The notes under the pieces: generated by a model
What the model was told of the DNA's origin: nothing
The model's input: the letters and a program-made list of their open reading frames with translations, nothing else
Database searches by the model: none
Part shown: piece by piece, positions 26,807-39,373 of the stretch
Layout of the letters: each line of letters starts with the position of its first letter
Position numbering within the stretch: the first letter of the stretch is position 1
Position numbers and translations under genes: made by a program
From: Narcine bancroftii
Lineage: Eukaryota
Length of the DNA: 64,000 nt
Assembly: GCF_036971445.1 (NCBI RefSeq)
Contig: NC_091481.1
Location: 68,510,001 to 68,574,000 of the forward strand
Direction: 5' to 3'

Positions 26807-26947
26807 GGATGAGAGGGGGGGGGTGGGGGGGTGGCTTGGGAGGAGGGGGGCGGGGAGAAAAAGTCACTGTATATGTGTGAAAAAGAAATAGTGTATATCA
26901 TGGCTAATGTGATTTATGGTGTGAAAAATAAAAAATTTAAAAAAAAA
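26807..26947 (+). mobile_element. Extremely 5'-truncated L1 insertion
   Basis: G-rich 3' UTR, AATAAA and A-tail, flanked by perfect 18-bp TSD GAGTAGGGAACAAAATGT (26789-26806; 26948-26965); matches the 3' end of the 46785-48149 L1. Confidence 0.88.
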
Positions 26948-27265
26948 GAGTAGGGAACAAAATGTAAAGTTTCTGAGCTTAGCTGCTGATTTGGAAATGG
27001 ATAAAAGGTGAGCCGTGATGTGGTCAATAATCCTGCAGTGGGGCATGGATAGATTGAGGGTTTGGGTGGGAAAACTGACAGATGGAGTTTAATGGGGGAG
27101 GTGTGAGATCATGCACTTGAGTAAGGAATCAAAAGGTGAATTACCTAAGTGTAGGGAGTGACTGCAGATGAGAGGAGTTTAGAGAGATCCAGATGTTCTT
27201 GGGCACGAATCACAAGAGATTAGCAAGCAGGTCCAACAAAGAGTGAAAAAGCTAGAGGGAGATGT

Positions 27266-27537
27266 AAGTTAAAACACAATGGTGGAGAAACTCAGCAGGT
27301 CAAACTGTGTACTGTATATACTAAAGATAAAGATACATAACCAACATTTCTGACTGGAGTCCTTCATCGAGGTATGAGCAAAATGTAGACAGGCAACCGA
27401 ATTTGGGCACCTGCCTACATTTTGCTCATACCTTGATGAAGAACTCGGGTATGAAATGTTGGTTATGTATCTTTATCTTTACTATATAAAGTACACTATT
27501 TGACCTGCTGAGTTTCTCCAGCGTTGTGTTTTAACTT
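27266..27537. repeat. About 270-bp imperfect palindrome of Penelope pseudo-LTR sequence
   Basis: Left arm AAGTTAAAACACAA...GGTATGAGCAAAATGTAG is the reverse complement of right arm CTACATTTTGCTCATACC...TTGTGTTTTAACTT; centre ~27401. Confidence 0.85.
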
Positions 27538-27871
27538 CACTCACGGTGCCTGCAGACTTTTGTGTTTCACTCCAACCAGGGGAGATTCTTAGTCGTCTCC
27601 TTTTTTCCCCACCATCCCTCATCCCACCCTACCCATCAGTCCATGGGTCTGCAGCCCCCAGCATCCCTGGACAGAGTCACGGAGCTGACCAGAGGTAAAG
27701 CGGTCTCCCACTCATTTATTCACCTGATGCAGTCTTGATGGTATGGGTCCTGTTATCAGGAGGAGGGACGGCTGAGGTGAGGAGAAGTGGGTTGGGAGGG
27801 ATGGGGTGTCGTGGGAGGGGACTGAAACATCAAGGTTATCAATCACTGATCACGTCTGACCTCTGCCGCAG

Positions 27872-28043
27872 GAGACTGACTGACACTCCGGTGGTGAAGA
27901 AGTCCGAAATCCCCAGGATCAAGCCTCGTCCGCCCAACCAGCCCCCGGCAGAGGTTGACCCAGAGACCGTCCTGAAAGCGCTTTTCAAATCTTCAGGGCC
28001 CTCAATGTCAGCCCAGCCCACCGCTTTCAAGATCAAACTCTAA
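27872..28043 (+). CDS. POLDIP3: POLDIP3 exon 9 (last coding exon)
   Basis: RLTDTP...PPAEVDPETVLKALFKSSG...FKIKL* matches the POLDIP3 C-terminus; joined CDS 1314 nt, open throughout. Confidence 0.95.
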
Positions 28044-30234
28044 CTTGCGTCAGTGACACCACGTCCGGACTCGTCGCAGCCCAACTCCTCTGCCTTCCTT
28101 GTTTTAATAGTTTTCTTTAAATCTCTCCCAGCTGATGGTTTCTGGAGCTGGTGATATACATTAGTTGGCAATAGCTGTGCCCGATGCAATGCACAAACGT
28201 GCTCAGAAGGTCATGCCACAGGCCATGGAAAGTGGGGAACCAACGTCTTGGGGCTGAACCCAGGCCCAAAATGTTAATTGCAGTACTCTTTACTTCCTAT
28301 GGACGCTGCGTGACCGCTGAGTTTCCCCAGCACGTTTGTATATTGCATTTGACCCCACCACCTGCAGACTTTGCCTATCCCAGATCCTTCTGTCAGTCTG
28401 TCAGCTGTCTCTTGGCCTTTGAAGCCACTGGTCTAAGTGCATTCCTGTAGTGGTGAAACAGGTTTCCTCCACGCATTGATGGGAGTGCTGTGTAACCAAG
28501 GACGTTATTCAATTCTTCCCCTCTCCAGTTTTTGCTGACTGAGTTCCATGGGATGTGCTTTGAGTGACAGATGAGGCATTTCAACTTGCAGCCCCCACCC
28601 TGTTTCTCAGGAGCCCCTCTCCCAGGCAGGGAAGAGTTGAGTCGCATCTCTCTTCTCCAGCCAGCGCCTCGCTGCTCACCTTCAACTGTTCCAAACACCT
28701 TTCCCAAAGGAAAGGCAGCAGACTAGATCGGTGCCACAGGCAAAAAAATTGACCTGTTTTCTTGTTCCAAGTGTTTATTCGTGATAGATTTGTGTGCAGT
28801 GCTGAGGCCCTGTTCCAAGGAGTTGAGTATTGAACTGAATAATTGGGTGCAATGTTAAGGTTGATTTACTGTAGAGTAAATTGCAGCTTGGCCCCAGCTT
28901 AGAGTCTCAATTGCAGGGCTGCAGACCAGTGTGTTGCTGGCGGCACTCCCAGCCATGGAACGGATATCACTGCTGTATCCTCCACCTCTCCGTCCAGCTT
29001 CCAGGAACTCTGCCGGCCTTGAATTATGCTCACGCTTTACTTACCCACCCCGGGGCGAGTTGTGGGCAGACCCTCCCTCCACTGCACAAATTAGTGGGAG
29101 CCCTTCGTGCATCTGTTTGAGCTGTTGGACTCCCCTGCATTCCGTGAAACCTGGACTGCTGATAGGCTGGGCTGCCTCGTGCACCACCCTGAGCTCTCCT
29201 GAACCCCTCTTCTGAAAGGCCGGGGAGGCCTTTCCGCATTTAATCCACGGAACGTAAACTTTCGCCAACATTCTTCAGCCTCTTCAGAAAGGTAGAGCTC
29301 CAACAGAAATATTTCACAGACACACGCCTGTGTATAAGGGGAAAATGTGTTTCATTTCACTCGGTATCTTGCAGAGGTGTCATTGATAGATTGGTAATGT
29401 CATGGGTGAATCAGAACATGTCTGAGGGGATGAGCAGTTCCTTTTGGAATTAACTGATCCTGTGTAAATTTTAGTAGATCTTTTTGAAAAATCGATCCCA
29501 ACTTTATTAGCTTAATTTTCTTTCTAGATCTTTTTGATATTTTTAATGGTTCCCCCCCCCCCTCCCCCCTTGCTCCAGGAAGTTGCCTGTGGGGGAAATT
29601 GCAGGTTGGCTTAGAGGGATATCCACCTAACATAGGAGCCCTGCCTCTGTGCATTTCTGGAGCCTTCATGGGGACTTTCCATAGGCTGACTTTTGTTTTT
29701 TAGCTGTGACTGGAACATCATTTAGCGACTATGTGGGGGAGGAGGTGCAGTTTAATCCCAGAGTTGTAACACTTGACGGTGCCCCTTGCTTTCTTTGAGG
29801 GTCAGTGAAAATGAGCCTGTGCGTCTGCGCGAGAAATGCAGCAGGTGGTAGCTGGGGTTTGGGGCAGGTGCTGCTGACTGGTGCAGCAAAGTCTGGCACT
29901 GGGACAGCGCCCCCAGTGGACAAGAAAGGAGCAAGGAATCTACTGTAAATGGTTGCAGCACAATACCGGGGAACTGCGATGTCGAGAACGGCTGTCGGAA
30001 TGCGGTGCAGGTTCCCCTGTACTGACTGTTTCAGTGCGAGGATTCAACTTCAAAATGTGTCTAATTTATTGGCGACCGGCCAGAAATGAAACTATCTGCA
30101 TGCTAACCTTGCTTTGAAAGGGGAGAGTAAGGGGGAAATGCATGGGAAAGGGACAACCACATTCGTCAGCTGCTAGCTCTGCTCTATCCAAGGCCCTCAG
30201 AGCTCTCTCTCTCTCTCGAGCTCTCTCTCTCTCG

Positions 30235-30274
<40 letters not shown>

Positions 30275-31310
30275 TGGGCCACTCTGGCCATCACCCTGTG
30301 CTGTCCACACCAGGGATGGCTGAAGCTCGGAGTGACACAGTTTGAGTGTGACTGGAGTGGCCCTTGGTCACACTCGAACTGTGCGCTGAAGTTCATCCAC
30401 TTGTTGGCCTTGGCTGATTCTTGCAGCCCTGGGTGCATTGGCCGGCATGACTTAGACAATTTAGAGAATATTTAGTCCTCATCACTCTCCTTGTTGCCTG
30501 AGGACCTTGTCAGTCATGTTGCAGGCACTAACCCCCTGGGCCACAGGTTCCGGAATGCTGTACGGTTTTGACATGGCGGGTGAATGCTGTGATTGATTGA
30601 CATCTGACTTATCCACCTCGATGATCTCATTCCGACTTTTTAAAGAAATAAAACTCCCAAGAGTAGCTTGGTTTCACTAGAGCTATGCAGAGAACCTACA
30701 AACCTTATGAAAGAGCTGTTGTTGGACCGTGCTCAGTAGCAGGGATGATCCCAGCCTCACCTTTGTAAATGAGCGGGAGACACATGTGTGCGACACGTGG
30801 CCAACACTGTTTGCTTACACGTGTTCCAAGTGCTGGCCTAGGAAAACCACGTCAGGGTCGGGGATGTAATTGGGCTAGGGTATACTCCAGGACATGCTCT
30901 GGATGTAATCCGGCACGTCCTGGATGCAGTATGAAGGCAGCAGGGTGTGGTGTTGAAGTGGGTGGGGGGTGGGGGGGGGTTGTGGATTCAGACAAAGCAG
31001 GATCCCTCATTGCATCAGAGGCAGTGCTCTCTGAGACCACTCCAACTCTTCACACACAACCTGTTCCAAGGAGTTGTGTCGCTCTGCCTGGATGGTGAAC
31101 ATTGTAAGCAGGTTTGGACGACTGACTTAAACTGTGCTTTGTGCAAGGACCATGTCTGATATGGGCCAGCTGTCGTCAGACAAGTTGTGTAAATACATTT
31201 ATCTTAAACAGTGTGTTCTGTTCCTCATTTACAATACAACTCAAATAGACATTGTACAGAAAGTATCTGTCATCTCTCTTTCTTTCAAAGACCAACATTA
31301 AACTGTGCAA
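28044..31310 (+). other. Probable long POLDIP3 3' UTR
   Basis: Largely TE-poor sequence after the stop; candidate poly(A) signals AATAAA ~30647 and ATTAAA ~31296; 3' end not determinable from sequence alone. Confidence 0.5.
30200..30271. repeat. (CT)n microsatellite with CTCGAG interruptions
   Basis: Direct inspection. Confidence 0.95.
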
Positions 31311-31559
31311 TGATCTGTGTCAGAGGAGTTGTTCAGGCTGTCCTGCTGGAGTGAGTGGGATCTGGACTCTGAAAAGCATTAATTAATCAGTCAGTTGACC
31401 TGCACTAAATCTCAACACAAACCCTTCCCTCTACTATCACTGGTGGCAAGAGTATAGGGATAATCCTCAGTATTACCATTGCAATTAATTCTCTTCCTCA
31501 CACAGTAAAAGGTTCTGTCTCCTTATCAACATCATTTTGATCTTTTATTCCCTGAAATC

Positions 31560-32497
31560 AGACTGGAGGCATGTGGTTAGTGGTGTACCTCAGGGATCGG
31601 TGCTGGGACCATTGTTGTTTGTTGTCTATAATCATTGATCTGGATGATAAGTTTTCTGATGACACTAAGATTGGAGGCATTGTGGACAGCGAGGAAAGCT
31701 TTCAAAACTTGCAGAGGGATCTGAAAAAATAGGGCAGAAAATGCTAGATGGAGTTTAATGCAGACAAGTGTGAGTTGCTACATTTTGGAAAGACAAATCA
31801 AGGTAGGACAAACAGTAAATGGTAGGGCACTGAAGAGTTTGGAAGATCTGGGAATACAGATGCATAATTCCTTGAAAGTGGTGTCACAGGTGGACAGGGT
31901 TGTAAAGAAAGCTATTGGCATCTTGGCCTACATAAATCAAAGTATTGGGATGTTATGGTGAGATTGGATAAGACATTGGTGAGGCCAAATTTGGCATATT
32001 GTGTGCAGTTCTGGTCACCAAACTACAGGAAGAATATCAGTAAGATTGAGAGTGCAGAGAAGATTTACTAGGATGTTGTCAGGTCTTCAGGAGTTGAATT
32101 ACAGGGAAAGATTAAACAGTGTTTGGACTTTATTCCTTAGAGCATAGAAGAATGAGGGGAGATTTGATAGAGGTTTGCAAAATTGAGAGGTATAGACAGT
32201 AAATATGAGTAGGCTGGTTCCATTTTGATTAGGAGAGATAAATACAAGACATGGCTCTAGGGGGAAAGGTTTAGGAGGAACTTCTTCACTCAAAGTGGTG
32301 GGTGTGGAATGAACTGCCTTCTGATGTGGTAAATGCAGGCTCGATATTGAGTTTTAAGAATAAATTGGATAGATACATGGATCGGAGAAGTTTAGATAGT
32401 TGTGGATGGGTATAGGTCAGTGGGACTAATGGAATGATGTTTCAGCACCGACTATAAGGACAAAATGGCCTGTTTTCTGTGCTGTAGTGTTCTATGG
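31560..32497 (+). mobile_element. CR1/L2-type LINE RT 3' fragment
   Basis: SGVPQGSVLGPLLF start, decayed F(S)DDTKIGG, LVRPNL.YCVQFWSP; TTCTATG tail. Confidence 0.85.
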
Positions 32498-32536
32498 AAG
32501 TTCTCAACCCTTCCTGACCAAGTGTCCTGGTTACTA

Positions 32537-33674
32537 CTGTGCCCTTCATAATGTTTGGGACCAAGATGCTTTTTTTTCTCCTTTATTTGCCCCTGTGCTC
32601 CACAATTTTAAATTTGTAATCAAACAATTTGCATATAATTAAAGTGCACATTCCAGATTTCTATACCTTTTGATTTGTGTATAAATTACAGCTTTTTTTA
32701 TACATAGTTCCCTGATTTCAGGGATCCATAATGTTTGGGACATTTGGCTTCACGGGTGTTTGAGAGTACTCAGGTATGTTTAATTGCTTCATTGGTGCAG
32801 GGATAAGAGATCTTGGCCTGCTTCTGTGGTTTTGAACACCTTTGGACATGAGGAACAAAGTTGTGCCAATGAAAGTCAAATGAGCCTTAATGAGGCTGAA
32901 AAGCAAATATAAAACAGTAAGAGACATCGCCCAGACATTAGGATTATGAAAATCAACAGTTTCAAGCAGAAGGAACGATCTGGTGAGCTCAGTAATTAAT
33001 TGCAAAGGGGACTGAGAGGCCAAGGAAGACTCCACTGCTGATGAAGAGAATACTCATAATGAAGAAAAATCCCCAAACATGTCAAATAGAGCCAGGTGTG
33101 GATGTGTCAATTATAATTGTCCTCAGAAGATTTCATGAGCAGTATTACACTGCAAAGTGGACTGCTTTGGATCATGGGCTGTGCCTTTATGCCTCCACAC
33201 TTTCCTCTTGCCATCATTCTAGTACAGGTTAATCTTGGTCTCATCTGTCCACAAGACCTTTTTCCAGAATTCTGCAGGCTCTTTTAAATAATTGGCAAAC
33301 TAATCTGGCCGCCCTTTCTGTGGTGAACTGGTGGTTTGCATCTTGCAGTGTAGTCTGTATTTCTGTTCATGAACTAACAGTAGAGATTGACAGACTCCAA
33401 AGCTGAGAAGCAGGCCAAGCTCTCTTGCACCTGCACCAATGAAGCAATTAAACATACAAAGCAAACATGGTGCCCTGAAATGGGCGAACTCTGTATAAGA
33501 AGTGCTGTAATTTCTACATGGTCAAACCAAAATGCATACAAATAACTGAATAAAACATGGAATTTGCACTTAAATCACACGTAAATTGTTTGATTATAAA
33601 TTTAAAACTGGAGCACGGACAAATAAAGTTTTTTTAAAAAAGTATCTTTGTTCCAAATATTAAGGAGGAAGTTG
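32537..33674. mobile_element. Tc1-like transposon derivative
   Basis: Long imperfect TIRs flanked by TA; HTH-like VRDIAQTLGL on +, catalytic EFWKKVLWTDETKINLY on -. Confidence 0.8.
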
Positions 33675-35070
33675 TACTTATCCCCCGACCACATCACATT
33701 AGTTTTTTAAACATCTTGCAAGGGATGTGAAGAGGTGAATGATTTCAAGTCCATCTTCACACCACCCACTTGCCACTGCTCTTATGCACAGGCCCCAGTG
33801 CCTCAGCTCAACGCCAGCTGATGGGCTCATAAAATAATGACTCAGTTACACTCCCTGGCAGCCCAGCCATGTATTCAAGTTCCACTTAGTGACAGTTGGA
33901 CGGTTTGCACTCCTCTTCCATAAAGAGTGTTTCACATCACAGATGAGTGCATCAATAATCATCTCTTCAGATACTGCACATCTGACCTGTGGATACTGAT
34001 CCTCCTGCAATAGGGATTCTTATGAAATCTCGCCAGTTATTTTTGTAATAATAGACAGGTGATATCTTCAAACTGCACCGAGACCTGGAATCATTCTTGC
34101 CTCGGTTTCTGTAGCCTGCCGTCCAGATACAATTGGTCTCAGCTGGTCAGTTAAGAAGCTCTGGTTGTTTGCTCAAGATTACAGCATCACCAGTTCTTGT
34201 TTGTTTCGTGCAAGATGATCTGCAATGCACATGATCTAATGGACAATCTGTCCTTTCTCTGAGGCACTGTTTCCTGATTTAAAAAAAATTATTTGGACAT
34301 GCAGCATGTAATAAGCCCTTCCAGTCCACGAGCCCATGCTACCCAATTGACTCAACCCCCCTCCCCCCCCCCCCTCCCCCTCCCGTCATACATTTTGAAG
34401 GATGGGAGGAAATCCATGGAGACAAAGGGAGAATATCCTGTGTCTCCTTACAGACAGTGCAGGATTTGAACCCCAGTCCTGGATCGCTGGTGCTGTCTAA
34501 CCATGACACCATCGTACTACAAGTAGTGACTGAAAACACAATGAAATTTCTCTTCTTACTGAGAGGCGAGAAGAAGTATTCCAGTGCCTGATGCTGAGAA
34601 TATCCCCCATCTCCAATGGGAACACTCCCTAATCATCTTAGAATCAAAGTCAGAGGCACGGTTAAGCTTTAATAATCCTGGATGTTGCAATTGGAGTTTT
34701 GACCAATTAATTAAAGGTTACTGAGTTTCCCAGTGTTGGTCCAGAAGTATTACAAGGATTTTACATCACCTCCAATGTTCAAAGGTTGATCAGGGATTGG
34801 GAGAAAGCCCTGCTCCAGAATACAGGAGATAACTTCCTCCAGGAGCATCTTTTAAAGAGCTTGATGGCTCTCCTGTTAACTGGTGGGATCTGGATAAACA
34901 ATGCGAGGTGCTAGAGGTGCCTTAGTGTTGCAGAACATGGATCAAATTCAAGCCAGTGGTCAGAATGCCATCCCCATGGTCCCAACTAATGGGGCACCAT
35001 TAATTCATCTCAGCCCCTGAGTATCTACACAATTCCCTCTGCTATCTCCCATTGGTTCATCAATCCACAT

Positions 35071-35315
35071 TGGGGCGATATGGTAGGTGTAGCAGTTAGC
35101 ACAATGCTTTTAAAGTGATCGGAACCAGGGTTCGAATCCCATGCTGTCTGTGAAGAGTTCTTCCTCATGTCTGTGTGGGTTTCCCCAGGGGATCTGATTT
35201 CCTCCCACCATTCAAAGTGTACTGGGGGTGTAGGTTAATTGGGTAATAAATTGGGCAGCATGAACTCAGGTTGAAATGGCCTGGTACCATGTTGTATGTC
35301 TAAATTTTTAATTTA
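35071..35315 (+). mobile_element. tRNA-derived V-SINE (HE1-like)
   Basis: A/B-box head (GGTTCGAATCCC) plus V-domain GTCTGTG...GTCTGTGTGGGTTTCC...TTTCCTCCCAC; related copies at ~9500-9760(-), 16880-17090, 18060-18240(-), 25590-25800, 34290-34500(-), 40010-40210, 40765-40890(-), 57670-57900(-), 60790-61010. Confidence 0.8.
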
Positions 35316-35779
35316 AACATTCATGCATCTAAAAGAGGAGATTATGGTGCTCAGCGAACAGAATTGTTCTAGGCCACTTCTCCTGAACAATTCCACCCCC
35401 TCTTCACAGCCCAGTAAATTCAGATTTTACCCAGCATTTTGAATCTGCTTTTTTTGCCATGTCCCAACAAGGCATTCCAAATCAACTCCATAAAAAAGTT
35501 ATCCACATGAACACCTTCTGTGACCTTCCACCAATGAGAACAGCTTCTGTGTTTTATGTTCTTGGCCCTGTTAAGAAAATTTTTACCAAAAAAATACATA
35601 ATGATGGGGATTTGTACACTCTAAACCACCTTCACTGCCACATTTCTGAACTTGCACTGCTTCTAGAGTTGTGCTCTCTCGTTGTTATTGCCTGTTCTCA
35701 ATCTTCCAACCAAAGTGTAGCACTTTGCATCTCTCAGTATTAAACTTCACCGGCCTGTTTTCTTCGTCTGTGGCTTGAA

Positions 35780-37760
35780 GACCGAATTAAGGAGGAGCTC
35801 CTTCTCCCAGGGAGTAGTGAATCCGTGGAATTCTCTGCCCGTTGAAGCAGAAGAGGTTGCCTTGATGAACGTATTTAAGAATTATAGGGAAATTAAGGGT
35901 TCTGGGGAACAGGCAGGTTGGTGGAGCTGAGTCCCTGCCTGTGATCTTATTGAATGGCAGAGTAGGCTCGATGGGCCCAGGTGGGTGACACCTGCTCCTT
36001 ATGTTGTCATTATCTTCATAGTTTTACTACATAGAAATCTACACCAGAGTACAGAATATCCTACTCTAACAATGGCCTAGAATTTCTCAAATGAATTGTC
36101 CCATGTACCTATCTAATAGGGATCCTGTTGTACCTGCCTCCACCACCATTTCCAGCAGCGCATTCCCTGTACCCACCCCTTTCTGTGTGAAGAACTTACC
36201 TGTACTTAACTCCTTAAAACTCTGCCCCCTCGTGTTAGCATTTCAGCCCCAGGTTAAAACCTTTGGCCGTCCACACAATCAATGCCCTCTCATCATCTTG
36301 GTCACCCCCCTCATCCTCAGCCCTCCAAGGAGTAAAGCCCAAGTCAACTCAACCTACCCTCATGAGGCATGTTCTCATCTAATAAATCTCCTCTGCATTC
36401 TCTAGCATCCACACCTTTAATGTAGTGAGGTGGCCAGAACAGAACACAATATTCCAAGAGGGGTCCTAATCAAGGTCTTGTATCACTGCAACATTACCTC
36501 ACGACACTACATCACGAGAGTTTAATATCGGCAAATTATGAACCTGTACACCCTAATGATCCAGCTCAAAACACAGGCCTTCAGTCCACGGGTCCATACT
36601 TACCATCAGCCACTAATTTCCCTTTTTTACTCTAATTACTCTAAATAAAATTAAGGAGTAATGTTTTTTCCCCATAGAATGGGACCAGCAGATTGGTAAA
36701 CAGCTAATGTGACTCCTTTGTTCGAGAATGGGGGGGGGGGGGGGTGGGGGAACAAAGGGTGGGAAAACAAAGGGTGGGAAACTAGATAAATTTCTCCAAA
36801 GTCACTTGGACAATTGCCACATGAAAGGCAATGTGCACAAGAATTCAATGTTGGAGGAAGTGCATAATTAGTATGGATTGGTTGTCACATCAAAGTCAGA
36901 TGTAGAAATGGGTCTTTTTCAAGTCAGGAGAATGTAACCATCTGAATGACCCACAGATCGGTTCTTGGCCTCAATTGTTCATAATTTTTGTTAATAATCT
37001 GGAAATAGTGGTAAAGTAGGTGTCAATGACTTGGAGACAGATAGGAGGGCATCTTGTGATGAAGATATTTGGAATTCCATAGGAGGAATCGATAAAGGCC
37101 AAAACGTTGGCAAGTGGACTTTAATGTGGGAAAGTTTAAGATTATGCACGTGGGAATAGATCTGGGAATACAGATACATAATTCCCTGAAGGTGACGTCA
37201 TAGGTAAGTTTGTAAAGAGAGCTTTTGGCATATTGGACTTCATAAATCAAAGTATTGAGTACAGGAGTTGGAATGCTATGTTAAAGTTGTATAAGAAATT
37301 GGTGAGGCAAATTTGGAGTATTGTGTGCAGTTTGATCACAATAAGGTATCAATAAGATGAAAAAAGTGCAGAGAAGGATGACGAGGATGTTGCCCCAGAC
37401 TTCAGGAACATAAAAATTTAGGGGTAACTTCTTCACACAGAGAGTGGCTGAAGGTAAAAGGCGAAGGTTCCATTATTACCATGTAATACTACATTTAGAA
37501 TGTAACATACATGAAACTCCTTACTCTTTAACGTAAGGCAGAGAGTCACCACTTTGTCCAGCGTTCCTCACAAGAACCTATAGCACCCAAGGCAATTTCC
37601 CTTCCACGTGGCCCTCAATTTTAACATTTAAGAAGAATTTTGACAGGTACAAGGGTATGAAAGGCTATGGACTGGTTGCAGGTCAGTGAGTCCAGGCAGA
37701 ATAATGGTTTCGCACAGACTAAAAGGGCCTGTTGCTGTGCTGAAATGTTCTATGGTTCTT
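35780..37760. mobile_element. Cluster of CR1/L2-type LINE fragments in both orientations
   Basis: Decayed RVVNLWNSLP, LYKKLVR.NLEYCVQF and similar motifs. Confidence 0.65.
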
Positions 37761-38069
37761 CTATAAGATGGTCATTCTATTAGAGGAGCAGTTAAAGGAG
37801 TCAGGATTGTATTATTTGATGTTTAGAAGGATTGAAATGTGTCAGGGTAGATCTTCAGATATTTTCACAGATGCAAGATCTCATATTTATAAGGATGGGG
37901 GAGGGGGAAGTTATTTAAAATTGAGCAGAATAAGCTCTTATCACCGAACCTCTAGAATTCTTGGCTCCAGAGGTTTTGGAGGCAGGGTCTCTGAGGGTAT
38001 TTAAAGAGGAAGGAGATTTATTTTAAACTTCAAGGAAGTGAGGATCACAGGCACAGAAGAGAGGAGCTA

Positions 38070-38520
38070 AACTCCCTCCCTTCCACATTCTCCTCATCCC
38101 CGCTCAACACCCAATGCCTCCTTTCATCCTAACACCTTCCCTCCTTCCTCTACCTCATCCTCTCCCCTTCTCCCCTCCCTCCTCTACCACATCCTCTCCT
38201 CTACCCTCCCTCCTCCTCCTCTGCCCTTCCTTTCTTCCTCCCTCATTTTTCTCTCCTCCTCCTCTGGCCTTCCTTTCTTCCCTCCCTCATTTTTCTCTCC
38301 CTCCTCCTCTGGCCCTTTCTTCCCTCCCTCATTTACTCTCCCTCCTCCTCTGGCCTTCCTTTCTTCCTCCCTCCTCCTTTGGCCTTCCTCCCTCCCTCAT
38401 TCCTCCCCCTCCCTCCTTTCCTCCCTTCCCTCTTCCTTCTCCCCTCCTCCTTTCTCCTTCCTCCTCTCTCCTTCCCGCCCTCATCGTCTGGACGCCCTTT
38501 CTCCCCTCCTTCCTCCTGAC
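38070..38520. repeat. Polypyrimidine (CCT/CT-rich) low-complexity tract upstream of RRP7A
   Basis: Nearly pure C/T on the + strand. Confidence 0.9.
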
Positions 38521-38532
38521 CCCTGTGCTCAG

Positions 38533-38544
38533 CGCGCAGGCGCA
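38533..38544 (+). promoter_or_regulatory. NRF1-type site in the RRP7A promoter
   Basis: CGCGCAGGCGCA about 30 bp upstream of the ATG. Confidence 0.6.
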
Positions 38545-38573
38545 GTCCCGCGCGTTGCATGCTGGTTAGCACG

Positions 38574-38625
38574 ATGGCGGCGGGCGGTGAGCGAGAGCCG
38601 GGAGCGGAGACGGCGGGTTTTTCAG
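38574..38625 (+). CDS. RRP7A: RRP7A exon 1
   Basis: ACGATGG Kozak context; MAAGGEREPGAETAGFS; phase-1 donor CAG|GTATAG fits exon 2. Confidence 0.75.
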
Positions 38626-38639
38626 GTATAGGGACCGGC

Positions 38640-39017
38640 NNNNNNNNNNNNNNNNNNNNNNNNNNNNNNNNNNNNNNNNNNNNNNNNNNNNNNNNNNNNN
38701 NNNNNNNNNNNNNNNNNNNNNNNNNNNNNNNNNNNNNNNNNNNNNNNNNNNNNNNNNNNNNNNNNNNNNNNNNNNNNNNNNNNNNNNNNNNNNNNNNNNN
38801 NNNNNNNNNNNNNNNNNNNNNNNNNNNNNNNNNNNNNNNNNNNNNNNNNNNNNNNNNNNNNNNNNNNNNNNNNNNNNNNNNNNNNNNNNNNNNNNNNNNN
38901 NNNNNNNNNNNNNNNNNNNNNNNNNNNNNNNNNNNNNNNNNNNNNNNNNNNNNNNNNNNNNNNNNNNNNNNNNNNNNNNNNNNNNNNNNNNNNNNNNNNN
39001 NNNNNNNNNNNNNNNNN
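38640..39017. other. Assembly gap (378 N) in RRP7A intron 1
   Basis: Run of N. Confidence 1.
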
Positions 39018-39232
39018 AGGGGGAGAGAAGGGGGAGGGGGAGAGAAGGGGGAGGGAATCCGGAAGAGGAGGGAGAAGAGAGGGAAGGAGGTGGGAGAGGA
39101 TGGGAAAGGAGGAGGAAATGCGGGAAGGGGAGGGGCAAGGGGGGAGGTGGAAGCAGGAGGATGGGGATGGAAGGGAGAAAGGAGGGAAATGGCCGGGGTT
39201 TCAGCCAGTGACCCCTTGCTATCTCCTCGCAG

Positions 39233-39373
39233 TAATTCATGTCCGCTTCTCGGAGCGGAGCCGCATCAGCCGCCAGCTCCTGGTAAAGCCGCACCGGGCC
39301 CGAGAAGCAGCGAATGGACCGGCCCCACAACCGGACCCTGTTCGTCCTCAACCTGCCACCCTACTGCACCCAG
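39233..39373 (+). CDS. RRP7A: RRP7A exon 2 (frameshift near 39313)
   Basis: IHVRFSERSRISRQLLVKPH in one frame, then RTLFVLNLPPYCTQ in a shifted frame. Confidence 0.88.

Noticed and set aside
35071-35145. tRNA gene
   Set aside because: A/B-box head of a V-SINE with no complete cloverleaf, followed directly by the V-domain
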